Source: Tepidisphaeraceae bacterium (lineage in GTDB: Bacteria > Planctomycetota > Phycisphaerae > Tepidisphaerales > Tepidisphaeraceae). From it: DNA of 62,748 bases. Each line of letters begins with the position of its first letter. Within the stretch, counting starts at the first letter, position 1. Location: assembly GCA_036794395.1 (NCBI GenBank), contig DAIRGS010000003.1, forward strand, positions 1-62,748, read 5' to 3'. The notes under the pieces were generated by a model, which made no database searches, was not told the DNA's origin, and was given only the letters and a program-made list of their open reading frames with translations. Below, piece after piece: positions 1 through 9,506 of the stretch. A program made the translations under genes and the position numbers.

Positions 1-174
1 AACCAAGTTTCGACAGTTGGACAACCTTCTGAATTGATCACAAGAAAATGCCCGGCTCCGGCGAGTTGGTTTTCCCACATCTCACCCGGCGCCAGACCCG
101 AAGCCTCCACGACCACGGCCTGGAAGGCCGTGCCACTTAAAAGCAATGGCGCGGAATCGAGCACGGTCATTTAG
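1..174 (+). repeat. Dispersed ~150-170 bp repeat unit, copy U1 (left end cut by window edge)
   Basis: About 80% identical by eye over its whole length to 44074-44245. Shared core is TTGGTTTTCCCACATCT.ACCCGGCGCC ... GCCGTGCCAC ... GCGCGGAATCG.GCAC.GT.ATTTAG. The terminal TTAG overlaps the stop codon of the adjacent minus-strand gene. Confidence 0.8.
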
Positions 175-2447
175 TGGCGATCGCTCTCGCACCACGCCTT
201 CCACATCTCCCGATATTCCCGCTCCACATCGCGCGCAAATCCCGCCCCATCCATCAAGGCCGAGCGCGACATGCGATCGCGCATCGTTGACCGCAACTCT
301 GCCAGCCGCGACAAATCCCCCGCCAGCTCCACCCCGATCTGAACATACCGCTCCTTCGAATCCGCAATCAGCTCCGTCAATCCGACATTCGACAGAATGC
401 TAACCCCTCCCCGCGTCGCGGCCGTCGGCCCGGCCAGTGTGATCACCGGAACGCCCATATAGAACGCATCACACGTCGTCGTCCCGCCGGGGTAAGGGAA
501 CGTGTCGAGGGCGATATCGACACTGTTGTATTGGTGCATGTATTGACTGATGGGAATGCGCGAGACGAAATGAATTCGATCCGGACTGATGCCCGCCTGG
601 GCAAAATCACCCTGAACCCGTTCCCGGTGCGCACCTTCACCCGCGTGGATGATCAGTTCAGAGCCAGGCACCTTCCCCATAATCTCCATCCACACACTCA
701 ACGCGGCCCGGCTGACTTTCCCAAAGTTATTCAACGATCCAAACGTGACGTGCCCCTTGGTCGCCGCCGGAAGTGGGGCAACCCCCGGTGCAGTGGCCGG
801 CGGCTCATAGCACCAATAAGTGTGTGCAAGACGAACCGATTTTTCCGAGTAAATCGATTCATCGATGCCCGGCGGATCGAGAAACGGATCGGTCAGCCGG
901 TAGTCAATCGTCTCCAGCCCGGTTGTGCTGCAATAGGCGAGATAAGTAACCTGCACAGGCGCCGGCTTGCGGGCAAAGGTCAGCATCCGCGTGCCATCCA
1001 TATGCATGGCAAGATCCACAAGGATGTCGATTCGGTCTTCACGAATCACCTTTGCAAGCGCCTCATCAGACAGGCCCGTGGTCGTTCGCCAGGCGTCAGA
1101 GGCATTTTTCAGTTTTTCAGTCACCGCATCAGGGCGCGCCAGATCGGTGTAACAGAAAATCTCAAACGCGCTATGATCGTGATGCTTCAGCAGCGGCAAA
1201 AGAAAACGCCCGACAGGATGTTCCCGCAGATCCATTGAAACATATCCCACCCGCAACCGCCGATCCGGCGAGCGCTCGTTGTCGTTCGGAATGATCTGGC
1301 CCGCAAGCGGCCTGGCGTACGCCTGGTTCCACGCCGCGTGCTCATCGGCAAGCTGTTTGGCGTCATACCCGGGATGAAAATGCAGACTGTATAAAAGATT
1401 CTCCGCCACCCGCGTATGCGGATCGAACCGCGCCGCCTGCCGATAGCACGCAATCGCTCCCTCGATTTCTCCCGTGTCCTTAAGCGCGTTGCCCAGGTTG
1501 TTGTAAGCCCCGCCAAATTCGTTGCGCAGAACAATTGCCTGACGAAATGCGTCTGCCGCTTCGTCAATTAGCCCTTTTTCGCACAGGATAATGCCTAGGT
1601 TGTTGTGCGCATCCGCATGATTTGCGTCGAGCGCAATCGCTCGCCGGGCCGCGACCATGCCCTCATCCAGCCGTCCCCGTTCACGGAGCGTATACGCCAA
1701 CTGATGAAACGATTCCGCCCTCCCCGCCTGAAGCTCGGTCGCCCGTGTGAACGCCTCAATGGCCTGCTCAAACCGTCCCACCCGATGAAGCGACACGCCC
1801 AGATTGTGATACACATCCGCGGCATCGCCCCCCTCGGGCCGCAGCGCGATGGCGCGCCCGTAAGTTTCGATGGCCTGTGCGAATTCGCCGGCCATGTGCA
1901 GTGCGGCGCCGAGATTGTTGTAACCTGCCGGTAGATCGGGCCGAAGCGAGATTGCCTTTCGGCCAACCGCGATCGCCTCGGTCAGGTCCCCGGTCAGGCG
2001 AAGCACGTTGCTCAAATTGGAGAGGATTTCAGCATCGCTGGGGGTAAGAGCCAGCGCTGCTCGAAATTCCCCCAGTGCTGCCCCCGGCTGACCCGCCCTG
2101 ACGAAAGAACGGGCCAGGTTGTTGTGCGAATCAACATCGGTTGGATCGAGCGCCACCGCATGACTCTGCGCAGCAATGGCATCCGAATGTCGCCCAACAG
2201 CGCTCAATGCAACCCCCCAGTTATTGTAATACGGCGCCGCATCAGGGCGCACGGAGATCGCCTTTCTAATCAGATCCACCGCGTCCGCGTTCCTCCCAAT
2301 CTGATGCGCAAGCACGCCCAGCAGATGCAGCGCATCGGCGTGATCCGGCTGTTGCGCTAGAATAGCGCGGTAAAGAACCTCCGCCTCCCCCAAACGCCCG
2401 GCACGGTGATGGTTCATCGCCTGTTCCAGCGATTGCTCAATGGTCAT
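171..2447 (-). CDS. TPR-repeat protein with C-terminal SPINDLY/OGT-like (GT41-type) glycosyltransferase domain
   Basis: 758-aa ORF. The N-terminal two thirds are tandem TPR units (recurring A..Y..Al.l.P....a..NLG pattern). The C-terminal ~350 aa resemble the O-GlcNAc-transferase-like catalytic region (VTFGSLNNFGKV, DTFPYPGGTTTCDA). Confidence 0.85.
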   Translation of the reverse strand: MTIEQSLEQAMNHHRAGRLGEAEVLYRAILAQQPDHADALHLLGVLAHQIGRNADAVDLIRKAISVRPDAAPYYNNWGVALSAVGRHSDAIAAQSHAVALDPTDVDSHNNLARSFVRAGQPGAALGEFRAALALTPSDAEILSNLSNVLRLTGDLTEAIAVGRKAISLRPDLPAGYNNLGAALHMAGEFAQAIETYGRAIALRPEGGDAADVYHNLGVSLHRVGRFEQAIEAFTRATELQAGRAESFHQLAYTLRERGRLDEGMVAARRAIALDANHADAHNNLGIILCEKGLIDEAADAFRQAIVLRNEFGGAYNNLGNALKDTGEIEGAIACYRQAARFDPHTRVAENLLYSLHFHPGYDAKQLADEHAAWNQAYARPLAGQIIPNDNERSPDRRLRVGYVSMDLREHPVGRFLLPLLKHHDHSAFEIFCYTDLARPDAVTEKLKNASDAWRTTTGLSDEALAKVIREDRIDILVDLAMHMDGTRMLTFARKPAPVQVTYLAYCSTTGLETIDYRLTDPFLDPPGIDESIYSEKSVRLAHTYWCYEPPATAPGVAPLPAATKGHVTFGSLNNFGKVSRAALSVWMEIMGKVPGSELIIHAGEGAHRERVQGDFAQAGISPDRIHFVSRIPISQYMHQYNSVDIALDTFPYPGGTTTCDAFYMGVPVITLAGPTAATRGGVSILSNVGLTELIADSKERYVQIGVELAGDLSRLAELRSTMRDRMSRSALMDGAGFARDVEREYREMWKAWCESDRH

Positions 2448-2612
2448 TGATCGCCATTCTAGCCGAACAGGCTAATCGTATCTTGAGGCGGTACTTTGCA
2501 TGTTGATGAGTCGGCCCGATGCCAAATTAAATAGGCTGGAATCGAAGAGTCGCCGCAACAATCCCGTGTACCGTGCGTCCAATTGACGTCATCTCACTAG
2601 GAGCACCCAATT

Positions 2613-3518
2613 ATGCAGCTCGTCACATCGCACGCGGCACGTCATATCGCATTGCTACTGGTCGCAATTGCAGGTTCGGCAGTGCGGGGTGGACCGGCTG
2701 ATGCCCCGAAAGAACCACCTCCTAATACCGCCCCAGAGCTGAAAATCCTGTCTGAGCCCGGACTTGTGCAACTCCAGGATGCATCGCGAACGCAAACCCC
2801 GCCGCCATCTGTTCGCAGCCGGTACGGCGGCTTGCTTAAGCAAATCGAGGTGCCGACCGACCGCGCAACGTATGGCGACTTCTACGATTTCGGGTTTTGG
2901 CAGGGCAGCGCCTACGCCGGCCACACCGATCTGCCCGCCGGATATTGGGTTTATCTCGCCCCAAATTGGTACATATTCAAAGAGGATGTCTCAACGGCCC
3001 CCGCTTCGCCGCCCGCCATCCCCCGCGCCTGGGGCCCAGAGCAGGCCACCGGCGCTCCCGATACCTGGCCCAAATCCGGCGACATCGGAACCGCCTGGGC
3101 CTCCAAAACCCCCGACGGCCAGCCCGAGTGGCTTGAATTAACCTACGCCGAGCCAATGCATCCTGCCGCAGCCCTGGTTTATGAAACCTACAACCCCGGC
3201 GCCCTGACTCGCATCACCGCAATCGACGCCGATGGAAAAGAACTCGAACTTTGGGCTGGCGCCGATCCGACCGCGGCCGGAAGTGAAAAGGGGATTTCCG
3301 TCGTCCCTCTCCACGCCGCCACCGAGTTCAAGACAATTCGGATTTACATCGATTCCCAGAAAGTGCCGGGTTGGAACGAGATCGATGCCGTCGGTCTTGT
3401 GAACGAAAAGGGCGAAACCCGCTGGGCCGTTTCCGCGAAAGCCAGCAGCACCTACGCCGAGCGGGGTTCTATTCCCCCCGCATCGCCGCCCATCTTCGAC
3501 AGCCTTCGCAATCGCTAA
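2613..3518 (+). CDS. Secreted hypothetical protein (signal-peptide-like N-terminus; C-terminal WGPEQATGAPD...GWNEIDAVGL domain)
   Basis: 301-aa ORF with AGGAG about 9 nt upstream of the ATG. Hydrophobic N-terminus HIALLLVAIAGSAV. Codon usage looks coherent. Confidence 0.75.
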   Translation: MQLVTSHAARHIALLLVAIAGSAVRGGPADAPKEPPPNTAPELKILSEPGLVQLQDASRTQTPPPSVRSRYGGLLKQIEVPTDRATYGDFYDFGFWQGSAYAGHTDLPAGYWVYLAPNWYIFKEDVSTAPASPPAIPRAWGPEQATGAPDTWPKSGDIGTAWASKTPDGQPEWLELTYAEPMHPAAALVYETYNPGALTRITAIDADGKELELWAGADPTAAGSEKGISVVPLHAATEFKTIRIYIDSQKVPGWNEIDAVGLVNEKGETRWAVSAKASSTYAERGSIPPASPPIFDSLRNR

Positions 3519-3526
3519 CCAGGATT

Positions 3527-3677
3527 ATTCACCGCAGAGACGCCGAGTACGCAGAGAATTCAGAACGAGCAAGAACTTATGTGCAGAATCAACTAGTAGT
3601 TTGTCACGCATGTTGCGCAGCTTACACATCTCATCCCTCCCCGTTTTCTCTGCGATCTCTGCGACTCCGCGGTGAAT
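3527..3677. repeat. Long imperfect inverted repeat (hairpin) built from CGCAGAG-type words, between convergent genes
   Basis: Left arm attcaccgcagagacgccgagtacgcagagaa (3527-3558). Right arm ttctctgcgatctctgcgactccgcggtgaat (3646-3677). The arm ends are perfectly complementary and the centre is imperfect. Confidence 0.7.
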
Positions 3678-3962
3678 CATGAATTTTCCGGGCTAACCGC
3701 CATGGCCTGCTAACCTACCACCAACATCTTCACATAAGAGTATGACTCGCCGCCCAATCCCCCGCCCCCGCCGGACCCAACTTTTACCACCCAGCAACCC
3801 CCACGCCGGCGGCACAGCCGTAAGCCGTCCCGCCGCGGTTCGATGAACTCACGCCACTTCCGCCACGTCGGAGACGAGGGCAGATTCATTCGCCAACAAT
3901 CCGCCGACCGACACCCCGTATGAAAAGTTGCGGTTCATGCAACGCACATGTGCCTGCTCGCC

Positions 3963-5495
3963 TTACTCCTGCGCCAGCTTCCCAGCGAGTGCCAATTCAA
4001 TTTCCTCGATCACCTGTTTGTTATCGGGCGTGGTCTTGCTTGCCCAGCGGCCGATCACGTTGCCGTTGCGGCTGACCAGGAACTTCGTAAAGTTCCAGGT
4101 GATTTCTCCGGCGAACTCCCCGGCGGTGGATTTCTCGGTGAGGAACCTATAGAGCGGCGTTTTTCCTTCGCCGACGACCGCCACCTTTGACATCATCGGA
4201 AAGGTCACATTGTAATTGCCCGAACAAAAAGCCTTGATCTCTTCATTGGTTCCAGGCTCCTGTTGGCCAAAGTCATTGGCGGGAAAGCCGATCACGACCA
4301 AGCCTTGGGTGGCGTACTTTTTGTAAAGCGATTCGAGGCCCGTGTACTGAGGCGTGTTGCCGGACTTGCTGGCAACGTTCACAATCAAAACCACCTTGCC
4401 CTTGTACTGGTCGAGTTTGGCGTCTTTGCCATTGATGTCCTTTACGGGAAAATCGAGTGGGCTGGCGCCGTTCGACCTTCGCGCGTTCATGACCACCCGC
4501 TCCATCCAGCCCTTCCGATCAATCCTCGACATAATCTGCAATGCGTTGTCATCACCGGCTTGGAGGATGCCCAGTTCCTTGAGTCGCAACCCCGCCTCTC
4601 CCCCTTCGCTTGCAAGGTTCAGTTCCAACGCCGCCAGCGCACGGATCAGCCAGATGTCGCGGTCCTTGGGTTGGTTCTTCAGGTAGGTAGCGCTGGCCTT
4701 GAGGATCTCATTGAGGTAACCCGTCGAGGCCTCGGCGTTGCCGCCCTTGGCGGCATTGCGGTAATCGGCGACGGCGCCCATGACGTTGGCACGCAGGAGC
4801 CTGTCGGAATCACTGATCGCCGGTGTGGCGGGCGGTACAGCAGCCGCCGTCACAGCCGGCCTGAGTGTCGCGGCTGATTTCAATCGGGCCAGTGCCGTGG
4901 TTGCCTCGGCACTGCCCAACTGGCTGCTCTTCTCATACCACCTGGAAGCCTCGGCGAGATCAACCTTGCCGCCCAGTTCCAGTTCGGAGCATCGGCCAAG
5001 CCACAGGCTGGCCCACCGCGCTTTTGTTTTGTCCGAACCTTCCGCGACGGTCAGAAGCTGTTTTCGCAGATAGCCCTCGGCTAGCCATCCTTTCTGTGTC
5101 AGAAGCGCCAGCACCCGAGCGGCTTTCTGCTTGTCGGCGTCTGAGACATTGCCCGCGGGAAGCGCGCGAATCCGCTCGCCGGCAAGGCTGCCGAAGAGGC
5201 TGTCGTCGGTCTCCAGCGCCCCGGCAGCCATGAGAAGCAGCGCGTCGAGCTTTTCGCCGTACTGGACGGTGAAGCTTTCGCACTTTGTAACAAGCCGAGT
5301 GAGGGCGGTACGCCGCTCCGGGCTGCCGGCGGGCAGGGCCTTGGCAGAGTTTGCAAGGTCGGTGATTGAGGCGTAGTCGGCTTGCGCGGAAGCCGACAAT
5401 GGATCGGCGGCGAATGAGGCACCGCATTGAAGTGAGAAATGGAACAGGACCGCAATTGATATAATTCGGAACATGATGAAAAATCGCCAGCGCAT
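3963..5495 (-). CDS. Secreted two-domain protein: helical (Sel1/TPR-like) N-terminal region plus C-terminal glutathione-peroxidase-fold domain with Ser in place of the peroxidatic Cys
   Basis: The C-terminal ~165 aa match the GPx signature (LIVNVASKSGNTPQYTGLESLY, GFPANDFGQQEPG, WNFTKFLV). The start was chosen at the MRWRFFIMFRII signal-like segment; the ORF track extends to 5567. Confidence 0.8.
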   Translation of the reverse strand: MRWRFFIMFRIISIAVLFHFSLQCGASFAADPLSASAQADYASITDLANSAKALPAGSPERRTALTRLVTKCESFTVQYGEKLDALLLMAAGALETDDSLFGSLAGERIRALPAGNVSDADKQKAARVLALLTQKGWLAEGYLRKQLLTVAEGSDKTKARWASLWLGRCSELELGGKVDLAEASRWYEKSSQLGSAEATTALARLKSAATLRPAVTAAAVPPATPAISDSDRLLRANVMGAVADYRNAAKGGNAEASTGYLNEILKASATYLKNQPKDRDIWLIRALAALELNLASEGGEAGLRLKELGILQAGDDNALQIMSRIDRKGWMERVVMNARRSNGASPLDFPVKDINGKDAKLDQYKGKVVLIVNVASKSGNTPQYTGLESLYKKYATQGLVVIGFPANDFGQQEPGTNEEIKAFCSGNYNVTFPMMSKVAVVGEGKTPLYRFLTEKSTAGEFAGEITWNFTKFLVSRNGNVIGRWASKTTPDNKQVIEEIELALAGKLAQE

Positions 5496-5563
5496 TTTGC
5501 AACAAATGCCGCACCTTACACTCGTGCCGCAATCCTTTGTTGTGGCGCCCCGAGGTATCGAAT

Positions 5564-6079
5564 TCATGGAAGGATTATCTCGAGTGCCCCTTGCGTCTTC
5601 ACCGGCGAAGTTGCTTTTGATGCGGTCGATTCGGAGGAAAGGACGTCGTCGAGAGGGGATGACGCGCTAGTCGCGATTGTTCCAGTCGAAAGCACATCGT
5701 CCAAAGCCGAGGTTCCACGCGCTGGAACGCCGATCGCACGTTTCATAAGCTCATCCCAAACCATTCTGCGTCTCTGGCGCGCGGAGTTTGCCGCATCGTT
5801 CGCCTCCCACATACTCGTGGCGTAATTCTCAGTCATTTTGTCGATTGCGGTAGACATAGCCGACCCTTGCCCCTCTCCCTTAACGGCCAGGCCAACTGAT
5901 GCGGAGGCAGCGGCGGTCCCCGCACCTTTCCACAGATTTGATTCAAACTCGTCCCGTTTAGCCTTTTCCTCCACAATAAGCTGCGCGCTAACCGAATATA
6001 GCTGCGCGGTAGACGCATCAGATAAATCTGAAGAAAGACGTTGGTTGGTGTTGGCCGTGATCTGCCGAGTCGCATTCAT
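5564..6079 (-). CDS. Hypothetical protein (171 aa), translationally coupled to the upstream gene
   Basis: The internal ATG at 6079 overlaps the TGA of the upstream ORF (TGATG). The part of the 281-aa track ORF upstream of this ATG overlaps the upstream gene and looks like high-GC read-through. Confidence 0.55.
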   Translation of the reverse strand: MNATRQITANTNQRLSSDLSDASTAQLYSVSAQLIVEEKAKRDEFESNLWKGAGTAAASASVGLAVKGEGQGSAMSTAIDKMTENYATSMWEANDAANSARQRRRMVWDELMKRAIGVPARGTSALDDVLSTGTIATSASSPLDDVLSSESTASKATSPVKTQGALEIILP

Positions 6080-6720
6080 CAAACCGTCCCACGACTGCTT
6101 GCCCTGTGCCGTCCATGTGCCGCCTGTTGTTTGGCCGACTGAAGCTTGGAGGCGGCTTGCCGGGCATCGAATTGCTGTTGCTGCACCGCCTCGGCCTGCC
6201 GCTGGCCGGCGTAAATACGGTCCCAGGATTGAATGCTTTGCATCGACCTTTGAAACGACTGATCCACCGGTGAGGGCGTAATGCCGCCTCGTTGACCTGC
6301 ACCCGGATTGGTGCCGTTCTTCGTCACTTCGATGCCATCGCCGATCGAAGGTCCGACTTGACGCCAGCCGGGCGTATCGTTTGGCCCCGTCGCTTCGTGA
6401 TATTGCCACTGATATTTCGATCCGTTGACGGTTCCACCGTTGCCTGGTGCGTTTGAACTGGTCTGATTGCTTGCTGATTTACTGCCCGAATTGCTGCCGC
6501 CGGCAGGCGGGCGCGCCGTGCTCTGCGACCCAGCGGAGGACGTCCCGGAACTGCCTCCCCCGCTGGAAGCGCCGCTCGATGAGCCGCCGGAAGAACCATG
6601 CGAGGCGCCGCCGCCACTTGGCGGAGCGGCGGAGAGGTTTGAAATACTGAAGAATGCGCCCAACGACAGCGATGCAATGATTGCGAGCGAACGACGACGG
6701 GGGAAGTGTTTTGCACCCAT
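6079..6720 (-). CDS. Secreted Gly/Ser-rich hypothetical protein
   Basis: 213-aa ORF with a signal peptide (RRRSLAIIASLSLGAFFSISNLSAA), a long GS-rich low-complexity linker and a Gln-rich C-terminus. Confidence 0.6.
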   Translation of the reverse strand: MGAKHFPRRRSLAIIASLSLGAFFSISNLSAAPPSGGGASHGSSGGSSSGASSGGGSSGTSSAGSQSTARPPAGGSNSGSKSASNQTSSNAPGNGGTVNGSKYQWQYHEATGPNDTPGWRQVGPSIGDGIEVTKNGTNPGAGQRGGITPSPVDQSFQRSMQSIQSWDRIYAGQRQAEAVQQQQFDARQAASKLQSAKQQAAHGRHRASSRGTV

Positions 6721-6930
6721 CGGGGGAATCCTTTACATGGCGTTAGAGGCACAGATATGCGGATCGACCCGTCACGAACGGCTCATTACATTTTATACAC
6801 GCGCAATTTAACTGCGAGGCCAGACCTGTCAAGACAAAAATGCGGCCGGTAACCGCTGAAGGGTCCGTGACACTCTGGTACGCCTTAACGGGATCGCTCT
6901 GAATTGGACACGGACCCGCTTGCCTAGGCA

Positions 6931-7032
6931 CCAGCAACCAGCAACTGACAACTGACAAGTGACAAAGGATAACTGACAAAGGACAATCAGCAAACTTTCG
7001 ACAAATGCAACGCAATGAAACGAAATGCAACG
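6931..7032. repeat. Degenerate tandem heptamer tract (CTGACAA / ATGCAAC words) in an intergenic region
   Basis: cagcaaccagcaactgacaactgacaagtgacaaaggataactgacaaaggacaatcagcaaac...aaatgcaacgcaatgaaacgaaatgcaacg. No complementary partner lies nearby. Confidence 0.6.
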
Positions 7033-7136
7033 TTCCCCAGGAATAACTAAAACCGTTGACCCGGCTGCGAGCACTGATGGTGTAGGTCCGTCGTTGGTGC
7101 GATGATTCACCCCGTTCGGAACTCACAGGAGATGCG

Positions 7137-8438
7137 ATGGCAAGGTGCTTACTGACGTTGTCCGTAGTTTTGATGCTGGTCACGATGGCGGCTGGCGCGC
7201 AACTCACCATCCGTGGCGGCAATAATACCTTCCAAAATCAGGTCACGATCACCATCGAAGGCGATTTCCGCGTCATTCGATCCAACGGCATTCCCAATCA
7301 CCCAACCGGCCAATTCCCCGGCCGCGGGAATCCCAACACCATCTCGCCCCAGAAATACGAGTTTCGCGTCATGGCAAATCCCAAACCGGCCGCCGCCAGC
7401 ACACCGCTCATCCTTGGGCCTTTCGGAATCGCAGTGAACGGCGTCCTGTTCGATCCCGGCGCGGATGAATGGTGGAACGGAGATCGCACCTCCGGCTGGC
7501 AATATGAGCCGCTCAAGATGGCGCCACTCTTCCTGGGAACGGATTCCAGCCACGCACATGTGCAGCCCAACGGCGCATATCACTACCACGGCATCCCCAC
7601 CGGACTGCTCTACACCCTCACCGATGGCAAAGAAAAAATGGTGATCCTCGGATGGGCCGCCGACGGCTTTCCCATCTACAACAACCTCGGTCACACAAAG
7701 CCCACCGACGCCGCCAGCCCACTCCGAATCCTCAAATCCAGCTACCGCGTCAAGCCCGGCCAACGCCCCAACGGCCCCGGCGGAAACTACGATGGCGCAT
7801 TCGTCGCCGATTACGAATACGCCCCCAACACCGGAGACCTCGACGAATCCAACGGCATCTTCGGCCCAACCCCCGAATACCCCAACGGAATCTACCACTA
7901 CGTGCTAACCGACCAGTTCCCCTACATCCCGCGCCAATTTCACGGAACACCCGACAAGAGCTTCATGCGCGGTCCAGGTGGCGGCCGTGGCCCCGGCGGC
8001 CGTCGCGGTCCAGGCCAGGGTCCACCCAACGGCGGCTTCCACCTGATTCCCCCCTTCGCCGAAGAACCCCTGAACCTCACCAATTACCAGCGTCAAAAGA
8101 TCACCCCCATCGAAGGCCAGGCAAGAAAAACTCTCGAAACCATCCTCACTCCCGATCAACTCAAAACGCTAAAAGAAACACGCCCTCCTCGCGGTGGCCC
8201 CGGTGGCGCAGGTGAACGGGACGGAGGCAACCCCCGACAAAGATCAACCCCGCCACGCGGCGGCATCCATCTGATTCCCCCCTTCGCCGTTGCGAAATTA
8301 AACCTCACCGATTCACAAGAGAAGCAGATCGCCGAAGCCCAAGCCATCGCCAAAGAACAGCTCGCGAAAATCTTAACCCCCGAGCAATTGAAGACACTCG
8401 AAGAAGCCCGCCCACCCCAGGGCGACCGCATCCCGTGA
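7137..8438 (+). CDS. Secreted YHYH-domain protein with Pro/Gly-rich linker and two C-terminal LTxxQ (Spy/CpxP-like) modules
   Basis: Signal peptide, then NGAYHYHGIP and NGIYHYVLT motifs. Two ~55-aa repeats follow: GGFHLIPPFAEEPLNLTNYQ...LTPDQLKTLKETRPPRG and GGIHLIPPFAVAKLNLTDSQ...LTPEQLKTLEEARPPQG. Confidence 0.8.
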   Translation: MARCLLTLSVVLMLVTMAAGAQLTIRGGNNTFQNQVTITIEGDFRVIRSNGIPNHPTGQFPGRGNPNTISPQKYEFRVMANPKPAAASTPLILGPFGIAVNGVLFDPGADEWWNGDRTSGWQYEPLKMAPLFLGTDSSHAHVQPNGAYHYHGIPTGLLYTLTDGKEKMVILGWAADGFPIYNNLGHTKPTDAASPLRILKSSYRVKPGQRPNGPGGNYDGAFVADYEYAPNTGDLDESNGIFGPTPEYPNGIYHYVLTDQFPYIPRQFHGTPDKSFMRGPGGGRGPGGRRGPGQGPPNGGFHLIPPFAEEPLNLTNYQRQKITPIEGQARKTLETILTPDQLKTLKETRPPRGGPGGAGERDGGNPRQRSTPPRGGIHLIPPFAVAKLNLTDSQEKQIAEAQAIAKEQLAKILTPEQLKTLEEARPPQGDRIP

Positions 8439-8459
8439 CTCCGGCAGATAAATCCCCGC

Positions 8460-9260
8460 TCATTTCAGCACCGGCAGCAAAATCACCTGACGCAGGTCCA
8501 TCACAGGGCCGGTCGCGGCCTTGGGTTTGAGAGTAAGGGTTTGGATGCCGGGCTTGTCGAAGGTGACCGTGCCAACTTCCAGGAAGGTGAAGGTGTGGAA
8601 GCTGCCGGTGTTTTTGGTCGAATAGTTGATGGTTTGATCGGCGACAGTGATCGTGATCTCCTTGGTTCCGGGGCTGCCCTGCATGGCGACTACGTTGAAT
8701 TTGCCGGGTTTTTTCACCTCAAAATCCCAACTCACCCAGTCTTTCGGATTGGACCAGTAACCGAGTGTGTTTTTGTCGGGGCGAAATTCATATCGAAGAT
8801 TCACGCCGTGAACCGTTGCATCGTGTGCGTGCAGCGTAATGGACAGATCGTCGGCCTGAATGATCGGCTTGCCCTCCGGCGCCGGCGTAAAAACCAGTGA
8901 TTTGACGACCAGCGGCGCCTTGGCATCGGCCGGCTCGGTCTCAATCGCGAGTGGCCGCTCATTGGCAGTATCAATGTAAATCCGCCCGAGTTTAGCCGCT
9001 GCCCCATCCGTCGTGCCGGCCATATCCTTTCCCGCGATCGTAAGCTTCACCTTTCCTGCCGCGGCGTTCTCCAACCGCGCTTCCACGTCATACATCCCCC
9101 ATCGAGAAGGCTTGTATTTTCCCTGTACCTGCGCGCCAGCCTGAGACGGAGTCCATGTGACGACCCCATCACCATCGCTCACCGCGCTATCCGCCGCACG
9201 GATGATCGATGTGAATGCCGAGACGATGACCCAGATGCACACCAGTAATCGAACGCGCAT
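8460..9260 (-). CDS. Secreted hypothetical beta-sandwich (carbohydrate-binding-module-like) protein
   Basis: The start was moved to the internal ATG at 9260, which gives a clean signal peptide (MRVRLLVCIWVIVSAFTSIIRAAD). The upstream 86 codons of the track ORF run through a palindromic repeat. Confidence 0.65.
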   Translation of the reverse strand: MRVRLLVCIWVIVSAFTSIIRAADSAVSDGDGVVTWTPSQAGAQVQGKYKPSRWGMYDVEARLENAAAGKVKLTIAGKDMAGTTDGAAAKLGRIYIDTANERPLAIETEPADAKAPLVVKSLVFTPAPEGKPIIQADDLSITLHAHDATVHGVNLRYEFRPDKNTLGYWSNPKDWVSWDFEVKKPGKFNVVAMQGSPGTKEITITVADQTINYSTKNTGSFHTFTFLEVGTVTFDKPGIQTLTLKPKAATGPVMDLRQVILLPVLK

Positions 9261-9346
9261 GGCAGGTTCCTCACATGAAGGTCGAAGGGAATTCGCGACC
9301 GCGAGCATACTCGAAACAGTATGCGTTAAAAACGCGCTTCGCCCCG

Positions 9347-9506
9347 CCTTGGCGGCTCGGTTTAGGGCAATCGCATGTGCCGTCTTTGGGAGTGCGAGGC
9401 TCCCGCCGAGCCGCGTTTTTCGGCAAAGCTTCAGCTCGGCGGGAGCCTCGCACTCCCAGGATCCATGCACAATCGCTCCATATGCGATTGCCTTGGCGGC
9501 TCGGTT
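9347..9506. repeat. Composite palindromic intergenic element (24-bp perfect stem flanked by 16-bp direct repeats)
   Basis: gggagtgcgaggctcccgccgagc (9388-9411) is the perfect reverse complement of gctcggcgggagcctcgcactccc (9434-9457). ccttggcggctcggtt occurs at 9347-9362 and 9491-9506. gcaatcgcat and atgcgattgc lie between them. Confidence 0.8.
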
